Program-made: the position numbers and the translations under genes | The notes under the pieces: generated by a model | The model's input: only the letters and a program-made list of their open reading frames with translations | What the model was told of the DNA's origin: nothing | The model's database searches: none | Assembly (NCBI GenBank): GCA_041687555.1 | Contig: JAWLBU010000052.1 | Location: 1-18,045 of the forward strand | DNA from: Haloplasmataceae bacterium | GTDB lineage: Bacteria > Bacillota_I > Bacilli_A > Haloplasmatales > Haloplasmataceae | Reading direction: 5' to 3' | DNA length: 18,045 nucleotides | Shown here: in pieces, positions 1 to 7,129 of the stretch | How positions within the stretch are numbered: the stretch's first letter is position 1 | Layout: every line of letters starts with the position of its first letter

Positions 1-185
1 ATCTCGCTTATAACTTAAACGAACCGCCGTATACCGAACGGTACGTACGGTGGTGTGAGAGGTCGGTAAATAAAATAATTATTTACCTCCTACTCGATTG
101 TGAGATACTAATAAAGGTTAAGTTTTTGAATAAATAGAAATTATTCTCTTATAAAGATGGAAAATTTGAAGTTTATTCATAATTC

Positions 186-214
186 TTGCTTAATTGGAAA
201 AATTTACTTAAAAT
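186..214 (+). promoter_or_regulatory. Sigma-A-type promoter: TTGCTT (186-191), 17-nt spacer, TAAAAT (209-214), upstream of the ABC transporter operon
   Basis: Hexamers and spacing read directly from the sequence. GGAGG Shine-Dalgarno at 235-239 and ATG at 245 follow. Confidence 0.5.
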
Positions 215-244
215 AAACTTGTATTTAATATATGGAGGTAAAAA

Positions 245-970
245 ATGTTTACATTAAATCTTAAAAAAGAATGGAAATTGCACAAATCATTATTAATCAC
301 GTTTTTTATTATTACATTGGCCTTATTCCTATTAATATTTGCCACATACCTGGTCTTGAAATATGCCGATTTGCCTAAGGTTGGTAATAACATTACAATC
401 GGAATCTGGATGTTTGCTTCAGCTATCGTAACAATGTTATCGACTATTTTTCCGATTGTATTAATGTATTTAGTCTTAAAAAATGATGTGGGAAAAAACC
501 GGATCCATTATACGGTTTATACTCCACAATCGATTTTGTCCTGGTTTTTGCCTAAACTATTATTTGTAATATTAATTCAATTCTTATTTGCGATAACGAC
601 ATTGGGTACTACTTTCATGCAGTTAGATATCAGTAATCAGAAAATCTTAGAAGGTGTGGATGAAAAAATTGTGACCCTTTTATCCTCAACATTTGCTTTT
701 GGAGTATTTGGCGTTATCTCTTTATGTACGGCATTATATTACTCCTTTAGAAAAAAAGGTCATGCCTGGTTATTTATGACAGTTTCGGTAATACTTTATT
801 TTATCATAAGTATGATACCTTCTCTGGTTTTTATAATTAATGAAGGACCTCAATCACAAGTTAATCCGACTATCGGACAGATGCTTATTTTATGGGGTGT
901 GGATGTTGCTGTCGGATGGCTATATTTAGGCATCTCATTAATCTTATTTGATAAGAAAGTAGAATACTAA
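245..970 (+). CDS. ABC-2-type transporter permease (polytopic membrane protein, 241 aa)
   Basis: GGAGG Shine-Dalgarno 6 nt upstream of the ATG. About six hydrophobic helices, no soluble domain. An ABC ATPase gene follows 12 nt downstream with its own Shine-Dalgarno, the typical ABC-2 exporter operon layout. Confidence 0.6.
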   Translation: MFTLNLKKEWKLHKSLLITFFIITLALFLLIFATYLVLKYADLPKVGNNITIGIWMFASAIVTMLSTIFPIVLMYLVLKNDVGKNRIHYTVYTPQSILSWFLPKLLFVILIQFLFAITTLGTTFMQLDISNQKILEGVDEKIVTLLSSTFAFGVFGVISLCTALYYSFRKKGHAWLFMTVSVILYFIISMIPSLVFIINEGPQSQVNPTIGQMLILWGVDVAVGWLYLGISLILFDKKVEY

Positions 971-982
971 GGAGGGAATGAC

Positions 983-1687
983 ATGATTGAAATAAGAAAT
1001 TTAACTCAACAATTCGGTTCTAAATTAGCGATAGATGATATTAACTTAGAAATAAGAAGTGGCGGAATAACGGGAATGATCGGACCAAACGGTTCCGGTA
1101 AGTCCACGATTATCCGATCTGTCATGGGTATTCTAAAACCAAGTGTGGGTGAGGTTTTAGTAGATGGGAAAATAGTAGATCGACGTATCAGTGAAAAAAT
1201 TTCTTATATGTCGGATATCAATGAGCTTTATTTACCTACTGTTCAGGATAATATCGAATATTTCACTAATTTGTATAAAGATTATGATATGGATATGTTA
1301 ATGGAGATCATAAACAGTTTGAATATCGATTTACATATGAATGTCAAAGGCTTATCAAAAGGTCAGACTGTGATTATTCGCTTGGCATTAACAGTAGCAA
1401 GAAATGTTGATTATTATTTGCTTGACGAACCATTAAGCGGACTTGATCCTGTCTTTAGGGATAGCTTTATTCAAAGACTGGAGAAATTCAAAAGTCAAAA
1501 GCCTAATGCGACCATCATTATAACTTCACATATGCTTAGAGAGATTGAAGGTATACTTGATGATGTCATTGCGATATATTTTGCGAAAATCCTCGCTTAT
1601 GACAAAAAAACCAACATTTTGGAAAACAATAAAGATTTGGAATCTTGGTTTAAAGATCAATATATTAAAGCAGGAATATCTTTCTAA
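983..1687 (+). CDS. ABC transporter ATP-binding protein (234 aa)
   Basis: AAGGAGGG Shine-Dalgarno upstream. Walker A GPNGSGKST, ABC signature LSKGQ, Walker B YYLLDEP and H-loop ITSHM are all read from the translation. Confidence 0.85.
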   Translation: MIEIRNLTQQFGSKLAIDDINLEIRSGGITGMIGPNGSGKSTIIRSVMGILKPSVGEVLVDGKIVDRRISEKISYMSDINELYLPTVQDNIEYFTNLYKDYDMDMLMEIINSLNIDLHMNVKGLSKGQTVIIRLALTVARNVDYYLLDEPLSGLDPVFRDSFIQRLEKFKSQKPNATIIITSHMLREIEGILDDVIAIYFAKILAYDKKTNILENNKDLESWFKDQYIKAGISF

Positions 1688-1703
1688 TTATTTTTTCTCC
1701 TCT

Positions 1704-1734
1704 AAAAAAAGTCAATATATTTTGACTTTTTTTT
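1704..1734. terminator. Intrinsic terminator: A7-GTCAA-loop-TTGAC-T8, bidirectional-type hairpin after the ABC operon
   Basis: Perfect inverted repeat flanked by an A-run and a T-run, immediately after the stop at 1687. Confidence 0.6.
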
Positions 1735-1741
1735 ACAAAAA

Positions 1742-1765
1742 AAGATGATTCTTGCGAATCATCTT
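1742..1765. terminator. Second hairpin: AAGATGATTC-ttgc-GAATCATCTT
   Basis: 10-bp perfect stem. The A-run lies before it on plus and the T-run after it on minus, so it is oriented as a minus-strand terminator. No minus-strand gene is nearby. It may form a tandem insulating terminator or attenuator. Confidence 0.35.
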
Positions 1766-1869
1766 AGATTGTAGCTTGGGACATATTTTCTCTATGTTTA
1801 TTATAGCATTTTTTTCTGTTTATTCAATACCTATATGTGATACAATTGTAATGAAAGGTTTGATGAGAT

Positions 1870-2400
1870 ATGAAGAAAATTTATCCTTATTTTTATACTA
1901 TCATCCCCGTACCGAAAGACGATTTCATGGTTTTTCGCTGCCTTAAATGTGAAGAGACATGGTTGGGAAATATTAAACAATTCTCCACCAATGATACCCG
2001 ATGTCCTTATTGCGGACATGAGGGAAACTTGAATCATTTTTATGAGACGGCCTACCTTGATAAAGTTCAATATTATCATTACGAATCATTAAAGAATTTA
2101 TTGGAATTAGTCGGAGTTAAGGCTAATATTCAAAAAAAAGAATATGGTTATGATTTGGATTTTATCAGTGAAAAAGAACCGGATGATGAAGCATTGCAGG
2201 TTTATTTAACAAAAGCCTATACTATCTTAAAAAAACTGGCTGAGGAAAATAAACTTGATTTTACCTCAAACATTCAGATTAATGTTGAGGATGTAATCGA
2301 TGTAAGTGAATTTGTCTTGCTGAAATTAAATTGTTGCGGTAATCTGATGATGGTTAACTCTAATAAGCAGGATATCAAATATTGTATTTATTGTAAGTAA
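1870..2400 (+). CDS. Hypothetical cytoplasmic protein with two zinc-ribbon-like Cys clusters (176 aa)
   Basis: CxxC-x18-CxxC near the N-terminus (CLKCEE...CPYCGH) and CC-x14-CxxC at the C-terminus (NCCGN...CIYCK). No TM segment. Weak Shine-Dalgarno (AAAGG 11 nt upstream). Terminator immediately downstream. Confidence 0.55.
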   Translation: MKKIYPYFYTIIPVPKDDFMVFRCLKCEETWLGNIKQFSTNDTRCPYCGHEGNLNHFYETAYLDKVQYYHYESLKNLLELVGVKANIQKKEYGYDLDFISEKEPDDEALQVYLTKAYTILKKLAEENKLDFTSNIQINVEDVIDVSEFVLLKLNCCGNLMMVNSNKQDIKYCIYCK

Positions 2401-2402
2401 GA

Positions 2403-2432
2403 AACAACCTCATATAAGTAGGTTGTTTTTTT
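2403..2432 (+). terminator. Intrinsic terminator: AACAACCT-loop-AGGTTGTT plus a T-run
   Basis: 8-bp stem followed by TTTTTT, directly after the stop at 2400. Confidence 0.7.
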
Positions 2433-2488
2433 ATCATAAATTTTTGTAGGAATAATAAAATGTAATATTGGGATTAGAGGTGATGCGG

Positions 2489-3814
2489 ATGAATAATTCA
2501 TTTTATAAGAAATCGATACTTGTCATAATCACTAATATTACAACGGGGATCTTAGGTTTTATGTTTTCCATAATTTTATCGAAAAAGATTGGACCTGAAG
2601 GAATGGGATTATACAGCTTGGTATCACCTATCAGTAATCTTCTATTCAGTATTCTATCCGGCGGATTATTACTTGCCACATCAAAAGTAGTGGCTGAGTA
2701 TTATGCGAAAAAAGAACTGGGAAATTTGCATAAGAGCATCAAAACCACCGTTATTTTTAATCTGATATGCTCGTTAATAGTTATTTCAATTGCTTTTTTA
2801 TTCTCGTATTCGATAAGTTTTTATTTGATAAAAGATATCAGAACACTTACCGCTTTTCGTTTTATCTTAATATCAATAATCTTTATGACGATGTCAAATA
2901 CCTATAAAGGATATTTTTACGGTACCACCAACGTTTTTGTTCCGGCATTTATCGATGTTGTGGAAAAGGTATTGCGCGTACTGCTTTTAATTATCGTGTT
3001 CAAATATTTACCTTCAATCTCAATTGAATCCTTAATAACCATTACATTTTTACTTTTTTTTATCGGTGAAGTTAATTCCTTCATTTTATTGGTAATATAC
3101 TATCATCTTGATAAAAGGGCACATCCGAAAACAACGGAAAGAATCGAGGATGCCCTTCAACTGTTGTATAATGTGTTTTCGATTTCCGTACCGTTAATGA
3201 TCACGGAACTGATCGGCTCTTCGTTATATACTGTTTCATCACTCATGTTACCAAGGAGACTTATCGCAAGCGGAAGAACTTACAATGAAGCCTTAAGCCT
3301 GATTGGTCGATTTGGCAGTATGTCGGCACAAATCGTTTTTTTTCCGATGCTCATCATTTTTTCCGTTACAACCTTGTTAATACCCGATTTATCAAGCAGT
3401 ATCGTAAAACAGGATGTTTATACGGCGCGAAAACGAATTTCTCAGATGATAAAAATCGCGATCATTTTAGGAATAACTGTCTTTTTAATCTGTTTTACCT
3501 TGGGTGATGAACTGGGTTATCTTATTTTCAAACGAAATGATTTGGGGGCTTATATCCGTTTTCTCTCCTTCTGTGCTCCGGTAATATATACTTCACAGGC
3601 AACACGAAGTATCTTAAACGGTATGGGAAAACAAAAATATATTTTAAAGTCAACTTTTATCATATCGGTAATTCAAACCGTTTTTCTCTATGTGTTGGTG
3701 GGAATTCCGAATATTAATATTTATGGATACGGAATCACCATTTTAGTTACGACCTTTATAGGGTTTATCTTAAATATCAGAGAAATTGACAAAGTTATTC
3801 ATTTTAAATTATAA
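2489..3814 (+). CDS. spoVB: SpoVB-family polysaccharide/peptidoglycan-precursor flippase (MOP/MATE-like superfamily, 12-14 TM)
   Basis: Segments resemble Bacillus subtilis SpoVB as I recall it: GPEGMGLYSLVSP, SKVVAEYYAKK, YKGYFYGTTNVFVPAFIDVVEKVLRV. Polytopic membrane protein. The start is placed at the ATG 6 nt after GAGGTG. The ORF track's TTG at 2468 and the ATG at 2483 are alternatives. Confidence 0.75.
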   Translation: MNNSFYKKSILVIITNITTGILGFMFSIILSKKIGPEGMGLYSLVSPISNLLFSILSGGLLLATSKVVAEYYAKKELGNLHKSIKTTVIFNLICSLIVISIAFLFSYSISFYLIKDIRTLTAFRFILISIIFMTMSNTYKGYFYGTTNVFVPAFIDVVEKVLRVLLLIIVFKYLPSISIESLITITFLLFFIGEVNSFILLVIYYHLDKRAHPKTTERIEDALQLLYNVFSISVPLMITELIGSSLYTVSSLMLPRRLIASGRTYNEALSLIGRFGSMSAQIVFFPMLIIFSVTTLLIPDLSSSIVKQDVYTARKRISQMIKIAIILGITVFLICFTLGDELGYLIFKRNDLGAYIRFLSFCAPVIYTSQATRSILNGMGKQKYILKSTFIISVIQTVFLYVLVGIPNINIYGYGITILVTTFIGFILNIREIDKVIHFKL

Positions 3815-3849
3815 ATTATATATAAAACATTACGATTACATGATATAAT
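3786..3849 (+). promoter_or_regulatory. Promoter region for the GGDEF/HD-GYP gene: TTGACA (3786-3791), 18-nt spacer, TATAAA (3810-3815), and an extended -10 TGATATAAT (3841-3849)
   Basis: Consensus hexamers read directly. Both lie upstream of the preferred start codon at 3882. Confidence 0.45.
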
Positions 3850-3881
3850 TGTTTATGAAACCCATCAAAGGAAGTGTTAGT

Positions 3882-6470
3882 ATGAAGGATTGTAGTGAAT
3901 TGTTGGATTATGCCAATATCGGATATGTCCTATGTGAATTAAAAAAGGAAAATGAAATTATAAAATGTCCGATTATTGAATATAATCAGATTTTTATGCA
4001 GTTTTTTGGTCAGGGACAACATATGGAAAGCGACTTAATTCAGTTGTTAATTAATATAAAAACAATATCGCCTGATTTTTTAGCTGAATGTGAAACAAAA
4101 TTAAGTAAAAAAGAAGGTTTCAGCTCGTTTGTTTATTCACTACAGTTAAAACAGTGGATGCAATTAGAAGTGGCGTATCTGGAAAATAATCGGGTTATCG
4201 TTTATGCCAAACCAATACCTTCATCCTTTGTACCGTCTGATAAATTAAGCAAGGCCCAATTGTTTAATAACAATTATATTGAGGAAATAAACAATGTTTT
4301 ACTGGCCATGAATGAATTATTAATTAATTCATTTGCCGAGGAGAATTTATTCAAGGGATTAGGTTTAACCGGTCAGGCTTTTGTGATAGATAAAATTACG
4401 ATGTTTAAGTTAACTGACAATACAGTAAATAAATTGACAGAATGGAAAAATGATAAGTATCCCGTGGATGATAAAGAGTTGAATTATGATAATGATGTTA
4501 TCCAGGTGCTCAAGGAAGAACTTAAACATAAACCATATTTTTGCTCTACAGAAAGTAAAAGAGATATCCTAACCAGGTTTTTTACGGATTTACAGATTAA
4601 AGCTTCAACAATCATACCAATCATCGTAAAAAATTCCTTATGGGGATTTTTACAGCTCGATGACTACAAATTAGAACGGATTTGGTTGGATGACGAGCTA
4701 TATTTACTACAGCTCTTAACCAGTACCATTTCTAAAGAAATTGAACGGAAATTGACGGAACAAGAGGTTGAAAACTTAAGTTATCGCGATAGCTTAACGG
4801 GATTATATAATCGTCGTTATTTTGAGATTTGTTTTAAGAATTTGGATACGGAGATCAATTTGCCCATATCAATCATTGTGGGAGATGTGAATGGTCTAAA
4901 ATTAGTCAATGATGCGTTCGGTCACACAAGCGGTGATGATCTTCTAAAGGAAGCTGCTAAGGTGATTTTAGATGAATGTTCTGATAATGATATTATCGCC
5001 AGGTGGGGCGGAGATGAATTTATCTTTCTTCTACCAAACACAAGCCTAACCGAGGCGCACAATTTAATTAACCGGATTAAGGAAAAGGGGAAAAAGACGA
5101 TCGTTCATTCCATTCCTATTTCCATATCTTTTGGCGTGGATACTAAGGAAAATCCGGATACGGAATTAGATAAGACGCTTAAAAAAGCGGAAGATGTTAT
5201 GTATCAACAGAAATTAATTGAAAGTGCGGTCATTAAAAAACAAAACATCAATTCGATAATGAAAGCCTTGTATGAACTGGCTCCGCTTGAAGAAGAACAT
5301 GCTAATCGGGTCAGTGAACTATGTGCGCAAATTGGACTAGCTAGAAACTTTGATCAGTATGGTATCCGTTATTTGAGAACAATCGGTTTATATCATGATA
5401 TCGGGAAAATCGGCATAGATAAAGAATTATTAAATAAGTCAGACAGTCTTACCAAAGAAGAATGGAAAGAAATGAAAAGACATTGTGAGATTGGTTATCG
5501 TATTTTAAGCACATCAACCGAAATGGCGGAAATAGCCGACTGTGTGCTGCATCATCATGAGTTTATCAATGGGGAGGGATATCCCAACGGGCTAATCGGT
5601 GATGAAATTCCTATCATGACCAGAATTCTTAGCGTGGCTGAGGCCTATGATGAGATGTCCAGTCCGAGACCTTATAAGAAAATAATGTCTGAAGAGGAAA
5701 TAATCGCTGAATTAATCAACAATTCGGCAACGCAGTTTGATCATAATATTGTTCGGACATTTGTGGAAAAGGTCCTACGGAAGCCATGGTACAGTGTCAT
5801 CCGGGGAGCAAATAATACGGTGATCACTCTCGGACAGAATTTTGACCCCCTACATGGAGTTTCGATTCATGATAGTAATGATGAAAATTTATCGATAAAA
5901 GATTTACAGATTATCGGCAGTGTGGATGTGAACAAAACCGGCAATTACAGTATTATTTACAGTATCACAAACAAATACGGACAGACGGAAAGGTTGTTAA
6001 GAAAAGTTTCCGTGGGTATTTTGCGGGAAATCCTCAGTCCGGACTTAAATGCATTTCACAAGATTCAAATCGAAGGCTCTGATTTTTCCTATGAAAATGA
6101 GGATGAAACGATAAAAATAAGATTAATCAAAGGCGGAAGAAATGTTTGGTCTGCCCAACTCGTTTATCCACACTTAAATTTGGTTAAAGGGAAGGAATAT
6201 GTTCTTTCTTTTGAGGCGTTTTCCAACCAATGCCGTAAGGAAATGCACATCAGTATCGGATGGAACGATTTTGAAAACAATTACTGGCATTCCTTTTTAA
6301 GTACCGTTGATAATAAGTATTACTTATCAAAATCACCGCAAACCTATAAATTAATGTTTAAGATGAATAACGATTCTAGAGTAAATTCTGACTTAAAATT
6401 CGAATTCGGAACGGGTGAAAATAGCGAAATCGGCATCAAAAACATCCATGTATATGAGTATATTAAATAA
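3882..6470 (+). CDS. Multidomain c-di-GMP signalling protein: PAS/GAF-like N-terminal region, GGDEF diguanylate cyclase, HD-GYP phosphodiesterase, and a C-terminal Ig-like (DUF5011-like) plus CBM_4_9-like beta-sandwich module
   Basis: AAAGGAAG Shine-Dalgarno 7 nt before the ATG at 3882. The track's ATG at 3849 has no Shine-Dalgarno and overlaps the -10. DxLTGLYNRRYF, RWGGDEF (5007-5021), YHDIGK (5394-5399) and HHHEFINGEGYP (5550-5585) are read from the translation. The C-terminal VDVNKTGNYSIIYSITNKYGQT and VWSAQL...LVKGKEYVLSFEAFS patterns are typical of Ig-like and CBM folds. No signal peptide or TM helix. Confidence 0.85.
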   Translation: MKDCSELLDYANIGYVLCELKKENEIIKCPIIEYNQIFMQFFGQGQHMESDLIQLLINIKTISPDFLAECETKLSKKEGFSSFVYSLQLKQWMQLEVAYLENNRVIVYAKPIPSSFVPSDKLSKAQLFNNNYIEEINNVLLAMNELLINSFAEENLFKGLGLTGQAFVIDKITMFKLTDNTVNKLTEWKNDKYPVDDKELNYDNDVIQVLKEELKHKPYFCSTESKRDILTRFFTDLQIKASTIIPIIVKNSLWGFLQLDDYKLERIWLDDELYLLQLLTSTISKEIERKLTEQEVENLSYRDSLTGLYNRRYFEICFKNLDTEINLPISIIVGDVNGLKLVNDAFGHTSGDDLLKEAAKVILDECSDNDIIARWGGDEFIFLLPNTSLTEAHNLINRIKEKGKKTIVHSIPISISFGVDTKENPDTELDKTLKKAEDVMYQQKLIESAVIKKQNINSIMKALYELAPLEEEHANRVSELCAQIGLARNFDQYGIRYLRTIGLYHDIGKIGIDKELLNKSDSLTKEEWKEMKRHCEIGYRILSTSTEMAEIADCVLHHHEFINGEGYPNGLIGDEIPIMTRILSVAEAYDEMSSPRPYKKIMSEEEIIAELINNSATQFDHNIVRTFVEKVLRKPWYSVIRGANNTVITLGQNFDPLHGVSIHDSNDENLSIKDLQIIGSVDVNKTGNYSIIYSITNKYGQTERLLRKVSVGILREILSPDLNAFHKIQIEGSDFSYENEDETIKIRLIKGGRNVWSAQLVYPHLNLVKGKEYVLSFEAFSNQCRKEMHISIGWNDFENNYWHSFLSTVDNKYYLSKSPQTYKLMFKMNNDSRVNSDLKFEFGTGENSEIGIKNIHVYEYIK

Positions 6471-6497
6471 AAATGCTTCAATTGAAGCATTTTTTTT
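6471..6497. terminator. Bidirectional intrinsic terminator shared by convergent genes: A-run, 22-nt perfect palindrome AAATGCTTCAATTGAAGCATTT, T-run
   Basis: It directly follows the stop at 6470 on plus. On minus it follows the TAA of the 64-aa small ORF at 6496-6498. Confidence 0.7.
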
Positions 6498-6690
6498 ACG
6501 CTAAACATATCAGTAAAAGAAAAAATCCGATTAACGACATAATCCACACCCAAGGTCTGAAATACCACGGTGTTAAATAAAATCTTCTCCTACAAAAACA
6601 GCACCTCCTTACAGGATACCCGTACCATGGTCGAAAGCGTCTGTAATATAGATATTTTTGAAATACACCTAGGCCTCTGTATCTCCACAT
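6496..6690 (-). CDS. Small hypothetical protein, 64 aa, extremely Arg/Tyr/Trp/Phe/Cys-rich with a hydrophobic C-terminal tail (MWRYRGLGVFQKYLYYRRFRPWYGYPVRRCCFCRRRFYLTPWYFRPWVWIMSLIGFFLLLICLA)
   Basis: On minus, an internal ATG at 6690 is preceded by AGAGGTG with 5-nt spacing. The 83-aa track version starts at a GTG with no Shine-Dalgarno. The ORF ends exactly at the bidirectional terminator. Composition parallels the neighbouring 52-aa ORF. Local GC is raised, consistent with Arg/Pro/Trp/Gly codons. No homology evidence. Confidence 0.35.
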   Translation of the reverse strand: MWRYRGLGVFQKYLYYRRFRPWYGYPVRRCCFCRRRFYLTPWYFRPWVWIMSLIGFFLLLICLA

Positions 6691-6762
6691 ACTATCACCT
6701 CTCGTATTATTATATGACTGCTTAAAGAATCTAATTGTGTGTATCACTTTACTTAAATGAAT

Positions 6763-6795
6763 AAGAATGACTTTTTCAAGTCATTCTTATTTTTA
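6763..6795 (+). terminator. Strong hairpin: AAGAATGACTT-tttc-AAGTCATTCTT, followed by ATTTTT on the plus strand
   Basis: 11-bp perfect stem with a 4-nt loop. It sits between the two minus-strand small ORFs. In plus orientation it looks like a terminator, yet no plus-strand gene lies upstream. Confidence 0.5.
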
Positions 6796-6799
6796 CATG

Positions 6800-6958
6800 C
6801 TAGAAGAACCCAAATAATAGACCAAAAGCGATACCTGAAGCAAATGCTTCAAAATCATGGCAGAAGAACCGATGATGAATGAATGGTCGGAAAGGTCTAC
6901 ATCTTATGGGTCGGCAGATGAAGCATGGGAAATTCCAGTCATGTCGACAAAATGACAT
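6800..6958 (-). CDS. Small hypothetical protein, 52 aa, Cys/Arg/Phe/Pro/His-rich with a hydrophobic C-terminal tail (MSFCRHDWNFPCFICRPIRCRPFRPFIHHRFFCHDFEAFASGIAFGLLFGFF)
   Basis: Not in the supplied track because it is under 60 aa. My own translation of the minus strand. AAGGTGAG Shine-Dalgarno 3-5 nt before the ATG at 6958. RPF/FRP repeats, a Cys cluster and a hydrophobic C-terminus resemble the 64-aa ORF downstream. Same strand as the 124-aa gene upstream. Confidence 0.3.
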   Translation of the reverse strand: MSFCRHDWNFPCFICRPIRCRPFRPFIHHRFFCHDFEAFASGIAFGLLFGFF

Positions 6959-7071
6959 AATCTCACCTTCTTTCGCAATATATGTTAATATATGTCTTTT
7001 TTGCTAATCGAGGATGTATTCATTTCCTTTAAAGACTTAAAATAATAACTCTATATCATAGACAGAAGATG

Positions 7072-7101
7072 AAAAAAATAAAAACCTCTAAAATTAAGAG
7101 G
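7072..7101 (-). terminator. Minus-strand terminator of the 124-aa gene: CCTCT-loop-AGAGG followed by T-rich tract on minus
   Basis: 5-bp GC stem. The minus strand reads ...AGAGGTTTTTATTTTTTT. It lies 29 nt after the TAA at 7130-7132. Confidence 0.45.
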
Positions 7102-7129
7102 CAATATCCGTTGAAATACATATAAAGTC

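Noticed and set aside
1-120. Possible 5S rRNA fragment (ATACCGAAC and GTGAGAG strings)
   Set aside because: The spacing between the two strings is about 15 nt, against about 58 nt in 5S rRNA. The rest of the 5S rRNA is absent. It is kept only as an unidentified structured element.
208-2079. Track ORFs 208-393(-), 1545-1748(+), 1752-1946(+), 1831-2079(-)
   Set aside because: They overlap well-supported genes or lie inside terminator hairpins, have no Shine-Dalgarno, and have AT-rich low-complexity translations.
6496-6747. 83-aa version of the minus-strand small ORF starting at GTG 6747
   Set aside because: There is no Shine-Dalgarno before the GTG. The internal ATG at 6690 has AGAGGTG at ideal spacing, so only the 64-aa version is retained, and even that at low confidence.
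6857-6955. 33-aa plus-strand ORF (MAEEPMMNEWSERSTSYGSADEAWEIPVMSTK)
   Set aside because: There is no Shine-Dalgarno. It is antisense to the better-supported 52-aa minus-strand ORF, so it is probably a mirror-frame artefact.
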